DNA of 39,926 nucleotides from Rotaria magnacalcarata (GCA_965140935.1 CBCSLL010001219.1:1-39926); one strand, 5' to 3'; positions 1-12,096 are shown, counted from the stretch's first letter. Numbers and translations: made by a program. The notes: generated by a model not told the origin, from the sequence alone.

Positions 1-260
1 AATACAATTTTTAACATTTCACAAGAAATCCTCCACTCTGACTAGAACTTCTATACATAGTTTTGTTCAGAATAAAATTCTGTATCGAATGGTGTATAAA
101 GCATCTTCTTTTTTGTTGAAAAAGTACCGACTCAAAATTCAATCACTGTACCTAAAAGCTGCTCACATGAGCAAGATCGCATCTGACCTTATGTACCATG
201 GATCACGCTGAAACTTGTAGAAATGATATAGACCAACGTGCTCTGCAGTTTGGGAAACTT

Positions 261-611
261 TCAGACTGAACCAATGTCTTTTTCAAATTGGGCCGAAATG
301 AGCACAAAACGTCCCTCGTCCTTTAGAAAAAATTGTGCTTCAGATGAAGTAGAAAATTCTAGGTCGCATAATGACAACAAAAATACATAGAAATCGTCAA
401 AAGTTCGAATATACTCTCGAACTCGATAGTATTTTAATTCTATGTCGCCCTCAATCAACATAGGAATTGCTCTAGAGCGAAGACTTCGCACCATACGAAA
501 CTCGTGTAATTTACTTTCAGTTTCGTCTAACCATTCAAAAACATTTTCTTTGCCAGAAAAACGAAGAAAGTTTTTCGATATGAAAAAGTCAAAATTATCT
601 TTAGTATCCAT
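261..611 (-). CDS. hypothetical 116-aa ORF with no recognisable family; could be a terminal exon
   Basis: ATG-initiated ORF in the supplied track. I recognise no motif and cannot exclude a chance ORF in AT-rich DNA. Confidence 0.2.
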   Translation of the reverse strand: MDTKDNFDFFISKNFLRFSGKENVFEWLDETESKLHEFRMVRSLRSRAIPMLIEGDIELKYYRVREYIRTFDDFYVFLLSLCDLEFSTSSEAQFFLKDEGRFVLISAQFEKDIGSV

Positions 612-1257
612 TTTAATAAAATGTTACGTGTTGTTGTAGTGTAGTGTGATTTACCCGATATAATTTCAATAATTGTAATAAGCCAATGCAAATTAATTTT
701 GCAGAAAAGATCAGAAGAAATAATAATAATATATGAAAATAATAGGGCAGACAAATCGCCCAACTTCGCCACCAAATGTTAGCTCTTGTTTAGGGGCTAT
801 GTAGCAATGGTAGAACTAATATTTAGTCTGCCAAAAAGAGAGAGCTAAACATGATTTAATAATAGACTTTGTCGTCGTATCATATATAGAATATATTGAG
901 TATCGAGTATTCGATACTATAGCACATCAACAACTGCGCAATAACGAAATACAAAAAGATAATCACGAGATGAATCATAGTTGAGAGATTACGTAACGAA
1001 TCAAATTAGAGATTCAAGAAATAGATAATACAAGAAACGTTTCGCGTCAGTGAGTGTCATCTACTGACGCTAACATCGACTGTTGAACGTGTAGGAAGCT
1101 AATACTTCTCACTTAGATTCACTCAGATCTCGTCTCACCAACTATGAGGAAAAATATCAGAAAATTAATGCCTGAAACAGGGAGATTATTTGAAGCTTTG
1201 CTTAATATTTAATAATTCAAAGTAGTTCGGGTATTCGATAAAATTTCTTATGATCGC

Positions 1258-2470
1258 ATTTTTAGACGGGTATTCGTAACTTATGCAAATACTACAAACA
1301 CCCAACTTTTCCAAATCACACTAAAGTTCCGCTTACTAACACTCACACCTTGGCGGATTATATTCACTAACACCTACTAACATCCACTTTGTACAAGCCC
1401 TAGAAAAAAAGCTGTTAGCGCAATCCCGGTGGGATTAAAAATGTGAAACACGTTGATGCCTCTTTTATTGTAAATGAGGAATTCAGTGGCGTATGTATCA
1501 ATTTTTGAATCACTATAAGGTTTATGATGGACTGTTGCTCAGGCGTCTCTCACGATATGTGACAAGGTAAAAAGAACATCTGTCTGTCACGTATGTGGAG
1601 GAGGGGAGGGCTGGATCCAAATTTCTACCCCTATATGCTTCAACACTCCTTTCAGATCGTGTTTCACAAAATATCATCAGCAAAGGTCATAAAATGACCA
1701 CCGCCAACACGAACACCCAGGATCTCTTTTATGTTATACAGAAGCAGTACAACTTGTCCTCACTAACATCCACAGAAGTATTCAATCTACTTGTTGATGT
1801 ATGATAAGTTAGCTTTTTAAGCATAGTCATCTCGAAAACATCATAGAAAAGGAAAATAGTGTTAAAGTTAGGTACCAAAAGCGAAAAATTAAAACAACTT
1901 TTTTTTCATTCTTCTACATGCTAAGATAGAGCTCGACGAGCTGAGTAAGAAATATATGCTTCCAAATTCTTTGAAAGCCTTTCGATAAAAACATACGATT
2001 TTTTCCTATAGGCTGGAATGGTCTATTTTTTCTATTTTGATACCATCTACTTTTTATCGAAAGGCTTTTAAAGAATTTGGAATCATACATTTCTTACTCA
2101 GCTCGTCGAGCTCTATCTCACCATGTATAGGAATGAAAAAAACGTTGTTTTATTTTTTCGTTTTTGGTACCTCACTTTAACACTATTTTCCTTTTCTATG
2201 ATGCTTTCGAGATGACTATGCTTAAGAAGCTAACGTATCATACATCAACAAGTAGATTGAATACTTCTGTGGGTGTTAGTGTTGGCAGTGGTCATTTTAT
2301 TACCTTTGCTGATGATATTTTTTTGTAGGGCTTGTACAAAGTGGGTGTTAGTAAGTGTTAGTGAACATAACTCGCCAAGGTGTGGCTGTTAGTGAGCGGA
2401 ACTTTAGTGTGATTTGGAAAAGTTGGGTGTTTGTGGTGTTTGCATAAATTACAAATACCTTTTTTAGACG
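1258..2470. repeat. large imperfect inverted repeat (foldback-like element) with a central near-perfect hairpin
   Basis: Left arm ~1258-1920 is the reverse complement of right arm ~2130-2470. For example, 1660-1920 matches revcomp 2130-2330, and 1262-1300 matches revcomp 2435-2470. The left arm carries an extra ~270-bp segment (~1392-1665) that is absent from the right arm. The centre has stems 1924-1990 and 2055-2125 around a ~64-nt loop. The left arm is C/A-rich (cacccaac, cactcacacc) and the right arm is G/T-rich (gtgggtgttagtg). Confidence 0.8.
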
Positions 2471-3308
2471 CATATTTTCTGACGCTCTCACTCAGAGTTG
2501 ATGAAAATGGATCATGATAGACTTAGTAGGTGCGGAACCGATGTTCTATCGAATCGGAAATGTCTGAGTGAATTGGCGTTCAGAACGAACTTAACTAATA
2601 CTCCTCCCATTGTATCAGTGAAAAGAAATAGAGGCAGAGATACAAGCAAGCATACGTGTTGTATAATAACCATTCATGCATGATAATTGTCGCACCATTG
2701 ACTAATGTATGAATAGAAGACAGATATATCCATATGTACTCTTTTTACTTTTGATAATACCGAAACGAGAAAATACAGGAACCTTCAGACAAACGCACTA
2801 CTTTTCCTCGTACACGCGGCAATCATTACATTACCAATCAAACTGAGAAGAATAGACAGCACTATAAAGATTCAAGTATAAACTAGTTTTCTCTATGCGA
2901 GACCTGTTCAGGCGCTGTAAAGGTGGCGATTTCACTTATGTTTTTTCAGCGAAAGACTAGAAAGGTAGGTTATCTTTCTGTCGCCGTAATACCTAATAAG
3001 AGTAGAGTAGTCATGTAGCGGGGGTTAGAAAAGAAATCTTTTTCTACATTATACTTCTAGGCATTGATAATCTTCATTGTCATTTACAAGGGTGTTTCGA
3101 CTAGGAGAGCATGCGTTGGTTGAATAAAATTGGGATTTTCCATCTCAGAACATATTTGATTTTCTACAGCCAAATTGATTAAGCTTCTTTGTGCTCTATG
3201 CGGGGCCTCACACCCTTAACCATAGTTTCTTTCATGACACTCTTGACTGTATGAACAGACAATGAGAAATACAGAACTTCGGTGTTTGTATTGATGATGA
3301 AGTGAGGT

Positions 3309-3327
3309 GAGAGAGAGAGAGAGAGAG
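3309..3327. repeat. (GA)n microsatellite
   Basis: gagagagagagagagagag read directly. Confidence 0.9.
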
Positions 3328-4389
3328 CTAATCAAACATCAGACAAAATAATGTTTCACGTCTATAAATTTACAAGAGGAAACGAAATATCATTGAATAT
3401 TCCGTCCATCCTTAGTCCAATTAACATCAGAAAAAGTTACCTGGGACTCCACTCTATTCCATACGTCGTAGAAGTCAGGTCTATTATCGACTTCGAATTA
3501 AAGCTTTCCGTTCGTCTGCCGCCATATTAGTATCTCAAAAAGTTGCCGGAGCTGCTTCTGTTTAAACTACATGGGGTAAAAAAACTCCTTCATTTCTTTC
3601 TATCATATATTTGCAGATAATAATATTATGTATATGACAATAATACGGGAGACAAAGTTCTGGTCGCTTGTCATACATGAAACCTTCAAAGGATACGAGA
3701 TATCTTCGTTGTTCCTTGTCTGTTCGCAACAACGAAAATACAATAGAGTATAGCATTACATTTTTTACAAGGGCAACGAAATGTGATATGAGAGGTATCA
3801 TTTGAATAGTGTAAACTAAATACAAGTCGTATAGTGGTACTTACCGTTAAATAATGTCCAACGGTGATCGAAGTCGAAGAAGAATATGTGAAAGCGCTAG
3901 CTAAGAATGTGTGTGAAAGCGAAAAACGAAAGAAACAAGTGAGAAGTGTATCTTTTTATAATACTTCTATCGCTGTGATCACTGATGCATATATGGCTTT
4001 TCTTTCGTCTTAACGGAAAAAAGGAGTGATTTCGATAAAAGAACCCGCAAACAAGGTATTTTTCGCGTCGTACACGTAACGAACGCTATAGTACTTAATT
4101 GATAAAGATAAAAGAAGGAAGTCGCATTAATCACCTCCCTTGAATCTGAGAGACCCATTTCTTGGAGCGTAAATCCAGCTTCAAAGTTTTTCGAGTTTCA
4201 ATTTTTGCTTTCTTCTGTTTTATAAACTATTTGAAGGGTCCTCTATCTACCTGACATATTTGAAGGATCAATACATATCTATTAGAGTCAAAGAATCTAA
4301 AAAGACCATGTGACGAAAATCAATCAAAATGGCGAATTTTGTCGATTTTCGAAAAAAAACGTCGGGTTGTTCTTTCGAAAATGCTCAAT

Positions 4390-4420
4390 TAACGGGTGGG
4401 CCAGAATAAATGGCGGTCTC
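4390..4420. repeat. left TIR of the Tc1/mariner element
   Basis: See the element call; it pairs with 5669-5699. Confidence 0.8.
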
Positions 4421-4516
4421 CGCATTTCTTGAGTATTTTCGTCAATTCTCATATTTTCGAACTGAGCTTTTTTTGAACTAATCGTCTTTCGATTCTCTAC
4501 AAAAATAGTCTTTTTA

Positions 4517-5572
4517 TTATCTTAAATAGCTTCCTTTAACTTGAGACAATCGATACAATCGATTGGTCCAAGATGAACAAATTTCAAAAACAACATTGAG
4601 AGAAACTTTACGAACAGCACGTTTCACTTCGTTAATTAATGTCGTTTTAGATGTTACTGCGTCCCAGTTAACTTGATGTGCGAGTTTGTCCCATATGCAG
4701 TAATCTAATGGGTTCAAATCAGGACTGCTTGGAGGCCCATGATCTTTGTCGATGAAGCATGGAAAGTGCTTTGCACACCATTCTTGTGATTTCGCATGAA
4801 TGCGTGACTTTGCATCGTCCTGCTGAGAGGTCCAATCGGCTCCAAACGTATCATGACCAAACTTGAGAGCAACCGGTAGGACCTCCTTGATGTATTGATC
4901 ATGGTCTACTGTCCCGTCCTCGAAAATGACTAAAGGTGATACACCTTTAAAACAAACTGCGAGCCAAACCATTACTTTTTGCGGAAACTTACGTTTTTGC
5001 CGAATACCACCGTTGGTATCAGCAGCTAAAAGATTAACCGCCCATATTCGACCGTTTTGAGAACTATAAATTCCGTCAATGTCGAACATCTTCTCATCAG
5101 AAAACAAAATTTTCATTGTGTTTTATTTTCGGAAGTTTGTTCGTATCCAATTAGCAAACTTAATTCTTTTTTCTTTATGCTCATTAGTGAGCAATGGTTC
5201 GTTTTGTATTTTCTAGGCTCGCAGTCCTAGATCATTTTTGAGTATTCGTCGAGCACTGGTCCTAGAAATACTCAACTCACGAGCTACTTTTCGTGATGAG
5301 ACAGGTTTCCGGTACTCCAGCAGATTTTTTACCTTTTGTATGGCTCCTTTCGTTCGAATAATTCGGTGACACCCCGATGGACTAGACAGGTTGATTGAAC
5401 CGGTATCGCGTATGTTTTTGCACCATCTTTCGATTGTCCGAAGACCGATTAAACCATTGAGATCGCGAAAAATTTTTGTCGGCCCATCACCACTTTGATA
5501 CTTTGAAAGTACCAAATTTTGAAAATCTTTACTTTTCATGAACACAAGTAAATCCAATGAAATTGAATTCAT
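4517..5572 (-). pseudogene. Tc1/mariner transposase (~346 codons) interrupted by two in-frame stop codons
   Basis: The two ORFs (5213-5572 and 4517-5116) lie in the same frame. The ~24 codons between them, bounded by a TAG and a TAA, read KIQNEPLLTNEHKEKRIKFANWIRTNFRK, the usual linker between the HTH and catalytic domains. N-terminal paired-like HTH: ...LSISRTSARRILKNDLGL. Catalytic motifs: ILFSDEK (first D), WTSQQDD (second D) and SPDLNPLDY (third residue is D, not E). By my count there are ~37 residues between the last two, a DD37D-like, maT/mariner-type signature. Confidence 0.85.
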
Positions 5573-5668
5573 AGGGAACTACTCTGTCTTGTAGAGAATT
5601 GAAAGGCGATTTGTTAAAAAAAATTATCCGGAACGAATGAAAATTAATGAAAATATTTGAGAAATACA

Positions 5669-5699
5669 GAGACCGCCATTTATTCTGGCCCACTCGTTA
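5669..5699. repeat. right TIR of the Tc1/mariner element
   Basis: Reverse complement of 4390-4420 with one mismatch. Confidence 0.8.
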
Positions 5700-6843
5700 T
5701 TTACAGTGACTTCAACTCAACATGACGAAACTCTCTAAACTAATATCCGTTTCAAAATATAAGAGCGGTGGCTGATTTTTGAATTACTCTGCCTAGGAAC
5801 ATGATAGAAACCTGCCGTTTCAACCATAGATAGAGGAGATCTGACATCATAATTTCACATGGAAACGAGAGAAATTCTAGTATGTAAGGGAACCAATAGG
5901 TTCAACCCAAGGAACTTCGACATGGAGAAGATCCTCAAAAATTTTGAATTTCAAATTTTATTATCGGGTTGGGTAGAGCTTGCAAACTTGAGGCCATACC
6001 TAAATTTTCAGTCTGTTTGGTTGAACCATTCTTGAAATAGGGATACCTTACTTTTAGTGGTTGCACAGGCGATTTTTTACAATTTTCACTTAAAAAAATT
6101 TTCTTCCGATGACCATTTAAATCTGAAAGCATGTTCGATTCATCCTTTGTTTTATATAAATTAATAGAGCAAAATCTGCTCTACAAAACTATGTCACTTT
6201 TATTTGTTTTCAACTGATCCATGTGAACTACAAACTTGAGCATTATGAAAGACTATGCATTCCCATATCTGCTATCTCTGATTTGGTGTTTTAAAAATAT
6301 GTATCCTTGATTAAAATAGATCAGAAAGCTTTCTGTGTGAAAGTACCAAGGATAAACGAATAACTATATTTAGTTATTAGTTGTCTAAAATGCATAAAAT
6401 ATTTCATAAGAGACATTTTCCTAAATTGAATCGTTCACTGCTTTTTCGGCGAGAATCTTTTAGATGGTCTACTTCATTCTTTTTTTGTGATAGGCAGTTG
6501 ACACACTGTTTCTTTTCAAGTGGAATTCTAGGGCTAGTATAAGGAGAAAAGTATATCAGATCAAGTATACGAAAAGAAATCTTCTAAATATTAGGTTACA
6601 TATTAGCGGGAAAGAAGCAAACGCAAAGATCGACTAAATTACAGTATTATAAAATTATTTATGACCGAGTTTTTTTTCATTATATTTAGATGTCATCGAC
6701 AATGATACATATGATGATGAAGCTATTGATAATGATAACAACGACGAGGAACAGTTTCAAATTCAATCAGTTGAACATGCAAAAAATATGTACTCGTTAG
6801 CACACGAATTGATTATCAGTATCGTTTTGATAATCTCAATAGA

Positions 6844-9643
6844 ATGTGTTTATATGACTTTGTTAGCATATTCTATAAGAAAAAAATGAATTCTACAGAT
6901 CTGAAATATTTATCCAAGATAGCTGGATCAATAGAAGAAAAAATTAACCGAAAAGGTCGACCACCTAATGAACGATTTCTTTTTCAAAAGCAGCATCCTC
7001 AGGCTACAACCTATTTAATGATGAAGTACAGCGAATCTCATGTGCCTGTTCTCTATGGTCCTCAGATCCCTCGACAAGATCGTGATGATACTCGAGAACG
7101 ATATTGTCGGGCTATTCTCACACTTTTCGTACCCTGGCGTACTGTGACTGATATTTGTGACATCGGTCAGACATGGGAAGATACATTTAAATCTCGACAA
7201 CATCTTATTTTGAGACATTCATGGACGATAATAGAAAACATTCAACTTTTGCATGAATGCAAAAAGGACCGCGATGATCATTTACTTCAAGTTATCGCCG
7301 AAGCACAAACCGATAATAGCTTAGTCGATCCTGTACTAATACCGACTAATCAAGTCGATGGTGAATATGGCACTGATGACAGTGACGATTTAATTGAATT
7401 ATTAGGTAATTTGGATGAAAACACAGTTGCTATGCTCAATGCTACAAAAAACTCAACAGAAAACAGATATATTGAAGAAACAATCGAAGCAGTCAAGAAC
7501 GTCGGACGATTTAACAGTGTGAACAGTAAGTATTATTTGAATGTGATCTTTAGAATCGACAATAATCGTACAAAATTTGTTGTAGCATATGACCAATATT
7601 CTTTAAATGAACCGAGCGATCGTATCGATCAATCATTGGTACCATTTATTTCTGCAACACCTAATCTTGTTCGACTCAATGCAAAATGGCAAGAACAACT
7701 GAAAACTGAGAAAGAACAGATTAGAAGAGGTTTGATTACGGGCAACTTTGACAAAGACGATGATGGTATGTTGAACTTGGATGCTGCAAGAAGTGCCGTT
7801 GCCACTGTAGTGACTCTAAACAATATGAATATTAATACGAAGATATGCGAAAACTATGGTTCGATTCCTGCAGTAATATTAGTCAAAGCGAACTCTTGTA
7901 CTCAGAAGAGTGTTGCCGATGAATTTACACTGAACAGAGAACAACGGGCTGCATTTATGATCATAACAGGTCATCTTGATGGTGATAGCCGCTGTCGTAC
8001 AGGTAATCTTTATAATAGAAGTCATCACATATTGAAGTACATAATATTTTCAGGTGACAATAATGGTCAGCTTATAATGTGCATACCTGGATGTGGTGGT
8101 ACAGGCAAATCACAATTGATTCGTGCTCTTACCAAATACTTTTTAGTTACAAAGAGAATACAAATGATGCGGAAGTTAGCACCTACTGGTATTGCCGCTG
8201 CTGAAATCGATGGTATGACCATCCATTCGTTTTTGGGTGAACAGCGTAACTCAGGAAAGGCACGTACAATTAAACCAGGAGATTTAAAACTCGAGAAGGA
8301 ATGGGCCCTCGTTGAATACCTCTTAATTGATGAAATAAGTATGGTTGGTTTAACTCTACTTGCGAAACTCAACCGAATTATATGTGCTGCAAAACATACC
8401 GATCCTCAAGTTCCATTTGGTGGTGTAAATGTCATCTTCTTCGGCGATTATTTACAATATCGACCTGTATATGATGTACCTCTACATACAGATTTCACTT
8501 TGCCGGTCAAAAATAAATCAAACAAGATAGCAACTGAAAAACAAATTCAACAACGTGTTGCACGTTCTTTAATTCTTCAAATCAATTGTGTGGTCAAACT
8601 TACTCAACAGATGAGAACAGAAGATCTACGTTATCTTCAGCTACTCGAACGACTTCGTCATGAAGAATATGTAACTACGATGACTACGAATTATTGTTAA
8701 CACGAATAGTGGGGCAATCTTCCGTACCCTTGTTAAGTGATTCACCATGGAATAAAGTAAATTTGTTTTTCTAGATTTAGACAATTCACTATCTTCATCT
8801 TTTTAGGCTCCGATTCTTGTATTTCGTAACGAAATACGAACACAATTAAATCACAAGGCACTTAGTCACAAAGCACAACAAGTGGGACAGACACCTATAG
8901 TATGCATTGCCCAAGACACCTGCAAAGGCAAACTAATTGAAGATCGAGCACTTATTAAAAAATGATTAGAATTATCTGATAGTAAAACAGAGCATCTACC
9001 AGGTCTATTACCTCTTGTTCCTGGAATGCCTGTAATTTTAACGCAAAATATTGCAATTGAATTGGGTCTTATCAACGGTGTGAACGGAATCTTTCGGCAG
9101 CTTGTCTACCAGGAAGATTCCGTGTCAACTGATATTATTTCAGAAGAATTTTCCAAGAATGCACGATATGTCCATCGACCTCTGTACGCCTTGGTGGAAA
9201 TTAGCAAATCAACGATCGAATGCAATTTAGAACAACTTCAGCCAAAACTGATTCCAATACCGGTAATGGAACAAACATTTCGAGTCGATATAGGCGATAT
9301 GCTTCCAAAAGATAAGAAACCAAAATCAAATAGAAAAACACTGTTATCAATTAAACGGCGCGCATTACCACTTGTACCAGCTTATTGCATTACAACACAC
9401 AAGAGTCAAGGTCAAACATTGAATAAAGTTGTGATTGATTTAAAACTGCCAAATGAAACCGATGATATTGCTGCAGTCTATGTACCCTTATCGCGGGTAA
9501 AACGCTTAACTGATTTGTTTATTTTGCGATATTTTGATTACAAGGTGTTGTTAATTAAACCCAGCAAGTCACAACTGACAGAAATTGAACGACTCGATAA
9601 ACTATATTTAGAGACCCAAGCACGCTTTCCAGAATGGTTGTAA
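6844..9643 (+). pseudogene. PIF1-family (Helitron-type) DNA helicase, degenerate: one frameshift and one in-frame TGA
   Basis: ORF 6844-8700 carries Walker A (PGCGGTGKSQLIRAL), Walker B (LLIDEISMV), FGGVNVIFFGDYLQYRPV and QQMRTED motifs of PIF1/RecD-like SF1 helicases. After a frameshift, 8815-9025 reads ...QDTCKGKLIEDRALIKK*LELSDSKTEHLPGLLPLVPGMPVILTQN and is interrupted by a TGA. ORF 9026-9643 supplies the C-terminal helicase motifs (CITTHKSQGQTLNKVVIDL). I see no HUH Rep motif upstream. Confidence 0.8.
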
Positions 9644-10830
9644 CATCTTTTCTGCTTTGCATGAAAACTGCTCTAGTTTGTGTCAATTTTTATGTATATG
9701 ATTTTCTTTTCTATATTAGTTACTCTATGATCTATACATTTGACTATACTTTGTTGCTCGTATTGCATGTATTAGCTGTAGTCTCCTTTTTTTTATCGTC
9801 ATATGAAATGATATGCGAAATATTCAGGTACTACTTTTGTTCTATATATTCATCCCATATTCCTTTTTTTCATTATAAATTTAATATCTTTGTAATTCAT
9901 GATTAGTTATCGAATTTCACGAATAAACACACTCTGCTACAATACCATCTTATACTTCTAATTAAATCATTTTATGGTACTATGTGACTAGGATGGCCCA
10001 TAAATTCGACAATGAAATCATGTTTCATCTTAAGTACATTTTTAGCTAATATTTTGGTATACATGTGTTCTGGCTATACATTCGAACCAGCCCTGGAGAA
10101 CCATATCCACTTCTGATAATTGGAATCAACTTCTTTCAGTTCATTATTTGCCCCATAGAATAATATTTGTCTTGGCAAATGGCTTTATCAACTAACGCTA
10201 GTATGAATGGTCGCTGTATCATATTCTGAATAAGTTTGTGTTGACAGACACATTGTTTTCATATTAAAAATCTCAGAGCATTTCAAGATATTGTTGTGAC
10301 CATCGTGATATGAAAATCAGAATTTTATGATATATATCTTTGTAAGACTTTATCTAATCAAAATGTTAGCGCAACGTATCAATTTTATATCCAGATATTA
10401 CTATCATTTGAAGCTGCGGACGTTTTGAAAGTCAACTATAACATAATTGTGGTAGAGGAGATTCGGTACTTTGATATTGTTAAAGTTCTTCCGGGTAAGA
10501 TTGAATAATATATTCTTGCTTTAAACTCTTCAGTCGAGGGTTAAGCGAATCGCACAGCGACGAGCGTTACTTGTATTACTAGATTACGATAATCGAACTA
10601 TAAATGCTTCATATAACCGAAAATCAATTCGACTCCAGAATTTGAACGAGGAATAAAAAAGATGATTAAAACAGAAAATTGATCAAACGCAATTGATTTA
10701 TTATAGTAATGGGTTATAATTGTACCTAATTTCAGTGACAAAGCAGCGATCTGAAAATATTTCAAATTCAGAAATAATCAGAAACATGTTCAAAATTTAG
10801 AAATTTTCCCTGGTTTTCAGAAGATCTGAC

Positions 10831-10856
10831 CACCCTGCACCACACTCACACACCCT
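10831..10856. repeat. C-strand telomere-repeat-like tract (CCCACA-related)
   Basis: caccctgcaccacactcacacaccc. Confidence 0.5.
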
Positions 10857-11084
10857 TGCATACTTTCACCATGGTCATGAAATAAGATGATACCTCACAT
10901 GCAAAAATCACACAAAATCTGTGTTGTATTTGGATGCGGAGAGCGCCAAAGCGTTTGATTATTATGCTAACAGAAAATGATTTCATCACAAGGAACGAGA
11001 AACAGTCTTATAGGTATATGCATGTGTGCAAAGAAGACAATTTACAGAGTGAATAAACACAAGCCGATGATTTCTCTGACAGAA

Positions 11085-11102
11085 TCCGGCGGGGGCCCGC
11101 CG
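11085..11102. repeat. GC-rich palindrome CCGGCGGG-GG-CCCGCCGG
   Basis: 8-bp perfect arms. Conspicuous in an AT-rich context. Confidence 0.7.
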
Positions 11103-11187
11103 GTAACATCGTCTTTTTCGGCTGATTCCTACTGAAAAGATTCCCGTAAGATGCAATCAGTATTCCTGTCGGAAACATACCGGAGTA

Positions 11188-11282
11188 TGGGGTTTGGGTG
11201 CGTATGCGGGTGTGTGTCGGGGGTCTGGAGTGTGCGTTTCGGTGTGACAACAAATTACAGAAATACCCACACACACACCCCT
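11188..11282. repeat. telomere-repeat-like hairpin: G-rich tract then C-rich tract
   Basis: ggggtttgggtgcgtatgcgggtgtgtgtcgggggtctggagtgtgcgtttcggtgtg ... cccacacacacacccc. Confidence 0.7.
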
Positions 11283-11730
11283 TTTTTTGAAATTTCCATA
11301 TTTTCAAAACTCATATTTCGGGAACGGCTTATTCGTTTGAGTTGAAATTTTGGGACTCTCCATAACTTTATGATATCTACCCACAGTAAAAAGATCACTC
11401 AAATCAGTGAAATTCATTGAGCAACGTTCTGTGGCAATTGGTCGTGGCTTACGTGCAATGCCTCTTAGTCGTAAGCCAAGCATAATTACTAGCGCGCCAA
11501 AATTTGCACTGAGGATTCTTGCAACTACTTTTTCCAACACCTGACTCATGAAAAACATGAGGATGTACGCCTTATGTTTACTATTACCCTCACACATTTC
11601 CACCGGCACGCTTGAATGCTTTGCTTTTTTTGTGCTCAAGAATAAACAATATCGATGTGATTCATGATTAGAATAATAAAAGTGTAATGGTTAAATTATT
11701 AAAACAATCGATGGCACTGAAAATCAATTT

Positions 11731-11946
11731 TTAGTTATCGCCATGATCGATGCCGATAACTATACGTTGAATAAACATGTCCCATGATGAATCGCTCAAT
11801 TCTAATTGTTTACAATAGATACGATTACGTTGACTTATTTGTTGATAGAATCCGATCGCTTTGTCAAGTTTTTCACTTGTGTTAGCAGATAAATGATTGC
11901 AGAGAAAAGCCTTAGCAACATAAAGAGAGTAGGATATAAATTTCAA
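11731..11946 (-). CDS. exon-like segment resembling the vault-PARP (PARP4) C-terminal region
   Basis: KAIGFYQQISQ...CKQLELSDSSWDMFIQRIVIG resembles the human PARP4 C-terminal segment AFEAIKQASEW...RLELGNDWDSATKQLLG, from memory. I could not fit the splice phase to the upstream exon. Confidence 0.35.
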   Translation of the reverse strand: MKFISYSLYVAKAFLCNHLSANTSEKLDKAIGFYQQISQRNRIYCKQLELSDSSWDMFIQRIVIGIDHGDN

Positions 11947-11960
11947 AGATTGGAAAAAAT

Positions 11961-12096
11961 CAATTCACTTTGATTTGTTCAATGTTAAATAAAAATGGAC
12001 ACGTGTTTTGTGGTGAGTCTTGCATTTGAAGAGCGAGCCAAAACAGAATGACACCTGTACCAATTAAACGAAGAATTTCATTTTGTGTGTTCAAAG
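11961..12096 (-). CDS. exon (PARP4 C-terminal-like; ...SLG ALNTQNEILRLIGTGVILFWLALQMQD...)
   Basis: Acceptor ttttttttag at 12097-12098; 50-nt intron. Resembles PARP4 ...SLGVKGRECLLDLIATMLVLQFIRTRLE. The low-end boundary is uncertain. Confidence 0.45.

Larger units (their letters stand above)
4390..5699 (-). mobile_element. Tc1/mariner-superfamily DNA transposon, ~1.3 kb, with terminal inverted repeats and a degenerate transposase
   Basis: TIRs: 4390-4420 TAACGGGTGGGCCAGAATAAATGGCGGTCTC and 5669-5699, whose revcomp is TAACGAGTGGGCCAGAATAAATGGCGGTCTC (30/31 identical). The internal ORFs encode an HTH domain and a DDE domain typical of Tc1/mariner. The size is canonical. Confidence 0.85.

Noticed and set aside
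640-680. 14-nt stretch (aattgtaataagcc) resembling the reverse complement of the 5' end of the bdelloid spliced-leader sequence as I remember it
   Set aside because: Only a partial match. The remainder of the SL and the donor/Sm context are absent. Chance similarity is expected in AT-rich DNA, and my recollection of the SL sequence is not certain.
7015-8372. Minus-strand ORFs inside the helicase region (7015-7218, 7629-7823, 8067-8372)
   Set aside because: Shadow ORFs antisense to a strongly supported coding frame.
9634-9906. 90-aa ORF directly after the helicase
   Set aside because: Extreme AT-rich low complexity (Phe/Tyr/Ile/Leu) with no codon periodicity. Likely a 3' UTR or spacer.
6844-10600. 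Attempt to define Helitron termini (5'-TC, 3'-CTRR with a hairpin) around the helicase relic
   Set aside because: A CTAG preceded by an imperfect GC-rich stem occurs near 10541-10582 but is followed by A, not T. There is no convincing 5' end. The termini cannot be called from this copy alone.
11008-11639. ORFs 11008-11307, 11151-11345 and 11304-11639 overlapping the G/C-rich telomere-like tracts
   Set aside because: They overlap one another on opposite strands, are composition-driven (Gly/Cys/Val or Thr/His/Pro runs from GT/CA repeats) and have no family resemblance.
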